Part shown: one piece after another, positions 1-6,694 of the stretch
How positions within the stretch are numbered: the first letter of the stretch is position 1
How the letters are laid out: each line of letters begins with the position of its first letter
DNA from: Bugula neritina
Lineage: Eukaryota > Animalia > Bryozoa
Length of the DNA stretch: 8,196 bases
Assembly: GCA_964035545.1 (NCBI GenBank)
Contig: CAXIUT010000027.1
Location: 1-8,196 of the forward strand
Direction: 5' to 3'
Translations under genes and position numbers: made by a program
The notes under the pieces: generated by a model
The model's input: the letters and a program-made list of their open reading frames with translations, nothing else
Told to the model about the DNA's origin: nothing
The model's database searches: none

Positions 1-89
1 CCCAACCCCAACCCCAACCCCAACCCCAACCCCAACCCCAACCCCAACCCCAACCCCAACCCCAACCCCAACCCCAACCCCAACCCCAA
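1..89 (+). repeat. Left telomere, CCCAA + (CCCCAA)14, C4A2 type
   Basis: Perfect hexamer array at the window start with the C-rich strand 5', as expected for a left chromosome end. C4A2 is the established Tetrahymena-type ciliate telomere repeat. Confidence 0.98.
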
Positions 90-175
90 AATGAAAATAA
101 GTCTAAATCATATTTAAAATATATCAAATGTTAGTTATTAATAATAATAAAAATAGATTAGTTAAATTAAATTAA

Positions 176-2028
176 ATGGCAATCCTTTCTACATTAAAAA
201 CTATCTTTAGAAAAGTAGATCTTTTCCCCACCAACAAATTTCTTCGCTACAATGGTGACAATTAATACACCACAACAACAGGAGGACTTATTTCAGTAGT
301 CATCATAACCATTTTTGTCATCTTATTCGTCAGCATGGGAGTCAAAACTCTCAATAGATAAATAATAACAACTTCAGAATCAACTGTCTTTTAATCAATT
401 CCCTCATCTATCAAAATAACAACCAGTCCATCAGGAGGATTTATGTTTTCTGTTTATATTTTTGGACTCAATTTAAGTGAAACAACCTGGAAACTGTTCG
501 ATATTAAACTCTACCAAGAATACTACAGTCCCGTCTATCAACCTATTAATTCCACATAAATACCACTAGTAACTTGCACTTAAGAACACTTTAACTTTAA
601 GCAATAGATGATTTAAACATTCCTTAAAATCAATATGAGCAACGCCCTTTGTCCACCTCTTGGACATTAGTTCGAAATTTAAGGTAAATTCACTACAGAT
701 ATTTTTTTTCAATTCAAAGTAAATGTTAAAAGGTGCAACTCAACTCTTGATCCAATCTGCCTAAATGATACTCAGTATGCATCTACTATTGGCAATAGAT
801 AATTCAATATAGCTGTACCTATTATCAGTTCTTTGATAAATGCAGGTTAGTAAAACTATAAATCATTTTATATTGATGATCGTAATGGATGGCTTTTTGG
901 TTTGACTTCAGGAATCAGTTCAATTATTAATATTAACGAAGATACTGTCTCAACTGATAAAAGTATCATGCCTTTTACAACTAACTAAGAAGAAAAAGTT
1001 ATAAGAGTACCTGATAAAGCAGATTTGAATACTTACTCTCCAAGTACAAATGGTGTATTGACAGAAATCAGATTCCAAAAATCATCTTAAGCAGTTACTT
1101 TCAATAGATCTTTTAACAAAGTTGATAACTATTTTTCTTATGTTGGCGGATTAATTGGAACTATTATTGGATTGATTTTCATTCTAGGAGTTTATAATGA
1201 AAAAGCCTATGAAATCAGTCTAGCTAAAAAAGTATTTAAAGATAGTAACAACTAAGATATACCTTCGGAATCTTTCAATTTCGGTTATTACCTTCTTTTT
1301 CCTATCAAAACTATCCTTAACTACTTTAATTGTCATCCATAATGGGAAAAAACACAAAACTTTATAGACTCATCTTAGTAAATATTAATGCAGTTAGATA
1401 TAACATATATTTTAAGAAAACTGATCTTCTTAGATGCTTCTATCTCTAAAATACTTGAAAACATGAAATTTAAGCGATTTGTATTAGATAGAAACCAACA
1501 ATAGACAAAGTAAAAAAGTAAAGAAGAATGCACTTTGCACCTGAACTTTTTAAAGATAGATAGAAAAAATAAATAATTAAAATAAATAAAGAAGAAGATA
1601 ACAATATCATCAAAAAGTAGATTCAAAAATAATCAAAACAACATATTGTAATGGATTAAATAGAAGTATAACCTTAAATACGAGAAAATTATCAAGAAGA
1701 AGAAGAAGAATCAGTTGAGGATATTAGTTAAATATAGCTAAGTAAAAAGAGTTCAGACATTGCTGGAATCAAAAGAGCAGTTAAAAAGGTTTAAAGATAA
1801 GCCAGAAGAGGAAATAAGATAAGTAAAAATATTATTGAGGATATCAATGAAATAACTTTAGAATAAATAAGAAGAGAATAAAAACAATAAGATAAAAATA
1901 TTGTGTTCAAATAAACAAAAGTATTAAAAATAGAGAGAGATAACTCTAATGAGAAAGAAAGAGAGAAATAGGAGAAAAGTAGATAAGTTTTAGAATAATT
2001 TTAGTTTATTGGGAACAATGATAGTTGA
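176..2028 (+). CDS. Ciliate two-transmembrane protein with Cys-containing ectodomain, paralog 1 (~617 aa; one frame correction needed at ~1458-1461)
   Basis: ATG at 176 opens a TGA-free frame when TAR is read as sense: MAILSTLKTIFRKVDLFPTNKFLRYNGDNXYTTTTGGLIS. Predicted TM1 at ~287-343 (LISVVIITIFVILFVSMGV), four loop Cys, predicted TM2 at ~1130-1195 (YFSYVGGLIGTIIGLIFILGVY), then QLDITYILRKL. Homology to paralog 2 (LQKHEIXAIC) continues only if one A is added to the A4 run at 1458-1461; that frame ends at TGA 2026-2028. No intron needed. Confidence 0.9.
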
Positions 2029-2122
2029 TTAGTTATTAATGGTTTATTATCAAATAAATATGCATAGACTTTAAAGATTATTTTATTTTCTAAGAAAATA
2101 TTAAGAACTCTAATTTTAAGTT

Positions 2123-2139
2123 AAAAAAAAAAAAAAAAA
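2123..2139 (+). repeat. A17 homopolymer downstream of paralog 1
   Basis: 17 consecutive A about 95 nt after the TGA at 2026-2028. Confidence 0.9.
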
Positions 2140-2333
2140 TATTTCAAAAATTAAAATATCTTCCTTTGATTGACTAAAACATCTTTACATCATGAAAGAA
2201 ATTATTTTTCGCATTATTTGATTTAATATTCATAATTTTTATTTAAGAAAAAATATAGACTAAATCTTTTAAGATATTTCTTTTTTCTCTTTAAAAAGGT
2301 TAGTCTATCTTTTGAATATAATAAATTAAAAAA

Positions 2334-2656
2334 ATGTCAATCAAAAGGATAGAAGGCTACAAAGTTTATCTGAATGAGACTTTGGGCAAAGGTAGTTATG
2401 GATCAGTTTATATTGGCTAGAATGAGCATACTTAAGAGAAAGTAACTGTCAAAATAATTCCACAATACTTAAGTAATTTTAATTTTATGAAGTCGACCAA
2501 GATGAATATCTGAAAGCTGCTCTTATGAAAGAGATCCAGATTCTGAAAAAACTCAATTCTAATAATATTGTTGCATTTTATGATGTGATGGAAAGCTCTC
2601 AGAATTACTATATGATCCAAGAGCTTTGTGATAGCGATCTCAGCGAGAAAATATGA
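2334..2656 (+). pseudogene. Truncated Ser/Thr protein kinase (N-lobe only, 100 aa, two exons 2334-2472 and 2493-2656); ULK/CAMK-like appearance
   Basis: Spliced translation MSIKRIEGYKVYLNETLGKGSYGSVYIGXNEHTXEKVTVKIIPQYLIDQDEYLKAALMKEIQILKKLNSNNIVAFYDVMESSQNYYMIQELCDSDLSEKI*. It has the Gly loop GKGSYG, the beta3 Lys (VTVK), the alphaC Glu (KEI), NIV and the hinge QELC. TGA at 2654-2656. I found no HRD, DFG or APE motif downstream. Kinase origin is secure; pseudogene status and subfamily are inference. Confidence 0.8.
2473..2492 (+). other. 20-nt spliceosomal intron GTAATTTTAATTTTATGAAG
   Basis: GT...AG, AT-rich. Removing it joins VKIIPQYL to IDQDEYLKAALMKE and restores the beta3-alphaC register; the unspliced frame hits TGA shortly afterwards. 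Tiny introns are established for ciliates such as Paramecium. Confidence 0.85.
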
Positions 2657-3151
2657 ACTACAGATAAGTTGAATTAAATCATTTCAAAAAAAACAAAAAT
2701 TATTAGTATAAATATCAACAGAATAACAATTTTTATATTTCATGAAAGGTACCAAACTAAAGAAAAATAATGCATTAACAACTAGAAAAATAAAAATAAA
2801 ATTATTGAAAATAACTTGTAAAATAGAAATCAGTTTAACTTTAGAAAATACTGAATTAGTGAATAAGTGATTTTATTGAATTATTTAGACTATTTTATAG
2901 TTCTGTTAAATAATCTTTATTTAAAATAGTATTATTGATTCGTAATTAGGAATTCATCTGATTACATTAAAATAAATATATGAGCTTTACAATATTAAAT
3001 ATCTTATTTATCAACTATAAAATATATCAAACTAATTGATAATTAACCTATTTTAATTGATAATTCTCAAATTCTAAAAGCAAAATAAGAGTATGTATTA
3101 CTTGTAAATCAATGCAATCTGATTATTTTTTATTAATTAAATAAATTCAAA

Positions 3152-4974
3152 ATGCCATCTTGTCGTTCCATTTTCAACACCTTCTTCAGAAAAGTTGATC
3201 TCTTTCCCACTAGTACCTTTCTAAGATACAATGGAGATGACTAGTATACCACTGCTACTGGAGGAGTCATCTCAACAGTTGTTATTATCATATTTGTGAT
3301 TCTATTTGCAAGTATGGGAGTAAAAACAATCAAAAAGTAGATAATAAACACTTCATAATCAGTTTCATTTCAAGATAGTTCATAAATTTTAAATATTACT
3401 TTAAGTCCAGAAGGAGGCTTCATGTTTGGAGTAAATATATTTGGAATCGATTTAACTTCAACAAGTTCTCAAATATTTGATGTGGTTATGATTAAATAAT
3501 TAACCAATTCAAGTGGTAAAACAAAAGTAGAAGTTCCTCTTATTCCTTGTAAAAAATAACATTTTCAGTTTTCAGATACGGTTAGTTCAGCGTATTAATC
3601 TTTGGCAATGAAAAATGGTTTATGCCCACCAATAGGTTAATCCTTTACTCTTCAAGGAAAAGAAACATCTAGTATTAAGTAACAATTATTAATTCAAATA
3701 TCTCGATGCAATAGTACAACAAATTTTCTTTGTCTGAATGACACCTTTATGCAGCTCTATAGCTTCTAAATAGTCAGTTCTTGATTACAATGCCCGTCAT
3801 AAACTATTACATCAATGCAGGTTAATAAAATTATAAAGAATACTATGTAGATGATTCTAACATTTGGGTTTTCAGCTCTACACTCGGAATTGGAAATTTT
3901 GTCAGAATTAAATAAGATGTTATCAAAACTGATGTCAGTCTTATGCCTTGGGAAAGTTAATAAGAATAAAAAGTTATAAGGGTTTCTGATAATTCTGATA
4001 AAATATCTTACATTCCTTCTAATGGTGTCCCTTTTACTGAAATTATTTTCAAAAAATCATTCAAATCAACAACCTACTCTCGAAGCTTCAACAAAGTAGA
4101 TGCTTACTTTTCTTATGTAGGAGGTCTTATTGGAACTATTATCGGACTAATTTTTATTATGGGAATATATAATTAAAAAGCTTACGAAATAAGTCTATCT
4201 CGTAAAGTATTTGTTGATAACTAAAGACAAGAAATACCTTCAAAGTCCTTCAACTTTGGATATTATCTTCTTTTTCCCTTCAAATAGATATTAAATTATT
4301 TCGATTGTAGTCCTAACTGGAAAAAGACTCAAATTTACTTGGAATCCTGTTAAGAAATATCAATGCAATTAGATGTGACTTATATATTGAGAAAACTTCT
4401 CTTTCTAGATGCTGCAATATCTAAGTTGTTACAAAAACATGAAATATAAGCGATTTGTATGAGAGAAAAACCAACAATAGACAAAGTAAAAAAGTAGAGG
4501 AGAATGCATTTTACTCCAGAATTATTTTAGAAAAGAGAAAAGTAAAATATAAATGTAGCAGACTAAATGCAAGAACAAAGAGAGTCAAAGCAGTACATAG
4601 GAACATAATAAATAGAAGTTTAGCCTTACAAAAATAAACAAAATAGTGAAGCATCAGCTGGATAACATTTAAGTGCTTTATAACTTAGTTGTAAAAGTTC
4701 AGATATCGAAAGGATAAAGAAATCAGTGATAAAGGTTCAGAGAGAAGGAAGAAAGGGAAATAAAGTAAGTAACAAGATAGTAGAAGATATAAATTAAGTT
4801 ACTCTCTAACAAATTTATGGAAGATAGTAATAAGAATATATCTAGAATATTTAAATGAAATAAAACTAAAGAAATCTTTAAAAGATTAAAATTGAAAAGA
4901 AAAAATAATAAGACTAAAAAAGCAAAAAGATAGTTGAAGATTTTTAGTATATCGATAACAATAATGGCTATTGA
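3152..4974 (+). CDS. Ciliate two-transmembrane protein with Cys-containing ectodomain, paralog 2 (~607 aa; one frame correction needed at ~3744-3748)
   Basis: ATG 3152: MPSCRSIFNTFFRKVDLFPTSTFLRYNGDDXYTTATGGVIS. Colinear with paralog 1, including LCPP, RCNST, CLNDT, RSFNKVD.YFSYVGGLIGTIIGLIFI and SFNFGYYLLFP. The uncorrected frame stops at TGA 3782-3784. Adding one base in CCTTT (3744-3748) restores YA..N.QF..P.I and runs to TGA 4972-4974. Confidence 0.9.
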
Positions 4975-5023
4975 TAATTATGAATTATATTTATATTTAG
5001 TTATTCGTGATTAGTCTGTTATC

Positions 5024-5113
5024 GGGGGTTGGGGTTGGGGTTGGGGTTGGGGTTGGGGTTGGGGTTGGGGTTGGGGTTGGGGTTGGGGTTGGGGTTGGGG
5101 TTGGGGTTGGGTT
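5024..5113 (+). repeat. Internal telomeric tract G(GGGGTT)14GGG(TT), oriented as a right chromosome end
   Basis: Perfect G4T2 array starting 49 nt after the paralog 2 stop, followed directly by unique sequence with no opposing C4A2 tract. Confidence 0.97.
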
Positions 5114-5241
5114 TCTATTTTTTCTTCTTTAAATTGATACTCTTCTTGGAAAAATAACTAATAATAAAAAGATCAAATTAATTATAAAAGTAAAATTTCT
5201 CTGAAAAAATAAAAATATTCAATTTGAGTTCAATCATTTTT

Positions 5242-6135
5242 TCAACATCCTCCACATCCCCCTCCTCCACATCCCCCTCCACCACATCCAGCTCCTCCAC
5301 ATCCAGCTGCACCACATGCACTATGACCTCCACATGTATTATGACAACCTACATCGTAAAGTCCTCCTCCAAAATATACTTGAGCATTTTAGGCTTCATG
5401 ATGTTTTTTATAGCTCTTTTTGGATCGACTCACCTTTTTGTGTTTATTTTAACCAGTCTAAGATTTCATACGGCCATAAATTCCATAATTGATAAATGGA
5501 TAACCTTCAAAGTTATTTTTTTTCCTTATTTCATGTTTATTCATTTCAGGCAACAAATTTTCTCTGATAATTTAGGTTTATTTTCCATATTATTTTAGTT
5601 CTTTCTCTTTGAAGTTATCCTCATGATTAAGCTCTTTTCCTAACATTTTCATCATATCTCTTTTGTATCCTTTATTATCCTGCATATGAGCATGCCAACA
5701 AAAGTCAGCCAATTTGTTTGGAACCACAACTTGATCTTTCACCTTGGAACATACATATAAAAACTAAATATAATGTCTATAAGAGTTTTGAAAGTTTAGC
5801 TGAGATAGTGGAAATGTAGAAACGAAAGCATGTTGACGTAAACAAGCCGAAACCAACCATTAAAGTGTTATTGAACTTTTTTTGTCAATTAAAGGATGTA
5901 ATTTACAAGTTGAATCAATAGCTTCTAGTTTGGGATTATTCGAGTTGAAATCATCAGGATTCTAAAGATACTATTTAATGGATTAAATGAGTTCAGGAGA
6001 TTAGGAAGAGAAGAAATTCGTAGTTTGTAGATATGTAACTATTCTAGTGTATTTACTAAAGAGATCTGGCAAGTTAGATGTGATTGATGCAGTGAATTTA
6101 GGCTCTTCAGCTTGACTGCTGACACAGCATCCCAT
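5242..6135 (-). CDS. GRDP-like (DUF1399) glycine-rich domain-containing protein, 297 aa, N-terminal MGCC acylation motif
   Basis: Uninterrupted frame from ATG 6135 to TGA 5244-5242. Motifs LVSACLRQHAFV, YRHYIXFL, VVVPNKLADFCWHAHMQDNKGYKRDM and LGKELNHED match the GRDP-like pattern as I recall it (P...D..WH.H.....Y..D.....G....H.D). The C-terminal CGG repeat tail resembles plant GRDP1/2. Family call from motif recognition, not a search. Confidence 0.88.
5245..5334 (-). repeat. Coding Gly/Cys repeat tail of the GRDP-like protein
   Basis: Imperfect ~15-nt repeats (CCACATCCCCCTCCT on the + strand) encoding CGGHSACGAAGCGGAGCGGGGCGGGGCGGC*. Confidence 0.9.
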
Positions 6136-6694
6136 TCTACTTTAATTATTATATTGGCTCCTAATATAATTCAAACTAATAAGTACATTATCTATTTTTA
6201 TAAGATAGTGAACAATTTTCATCATTAATATTACTAAAAAAAATATCAAATTTAATCATATTTTTTTTTATTTTTTTGAAAATGTATTGAAAGTAGAAAG
6301 TTATTTGATGATGGATAAGTTTGTTGCTTAAATAATCCTAAATAATAGATAAATACCTGTCTAGAACTATTGATCCTATGGCTTCACGTATATTCTAGTT
6401 ATCAACTCTTATAAGCAAAGAATAATTAGTCCTACTATCATATTCATCATCATATTTGATATATTTTAAAAAATAACAATATTAATTTGTTTAAAAATAA
6501 AAATAAAATATTTTAAACAAATCTAGATGCTTTTTATTCAAATATCATAAGAATGATAATAAACTTTTAATGTATTGATAATTTTGATTTATTAATATTA
6601 GTTAAAAGAAATCAGTTTGGATATATTGAGTTAAAGTATGATTAAAATTACTTTTATTATTATTATAAATAAATTTTCAGAATAATCAATTCAA

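Noticed and set aside
1375-1626. ORF-track 83-aa hydrophobic ORF on the - strand
   Set aside because: Antisense to paralog 1; its Phe/Leu richness mirrors A-rich sense codons.
2432-2620. ORF-track 62-aa ORF on the - strand
   Set aside because: Antisense to the kinase fragment, which carries the recognisable motifs.
2858-2870. 13-nt match AGTGAATAAGTGA to the TLDc coding strand near 7037-7049
   Set aside because: Short, isolated and without flanking similarity; compatible with chance in AT-rich DNA.
4455-4637. ORF-track 60-aa ORF on the + strand
   Set aside because: Out-of-frame overlap within paralog 2, an artefact of treating TAA/TAG as stops.
176-4974. Split code with TAA=Lys and TAG=Glu, as known from some ciliates
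   Set aside because: TAA and TAG interchange at about 7 aligned columns, and TAA aligns with Glu far more often than with Lys.
5024-5113. CRISPR array or satellite interpretation of the hexamer tracts
   Set aside because: No spacers; pure G4T2 in telomeric orientation in a eukaryotic context.
5224-5598. ORF-track 124-aa Ser/Thr-rich ORF on the + strand
   Set aside because: Antisense shadow of the Gly/Cys tail of the minus-strand GRDP-like gene; it starts at TTG.
5851-5861. AAACCAACCAT resembling the Tetrahymena chromosome breakage sequence core (AAACCAACCTC)
   Set aside because: Only a partial match, inside a coding region (encodes WLVS on the minus strand) and not near any telomere junction.
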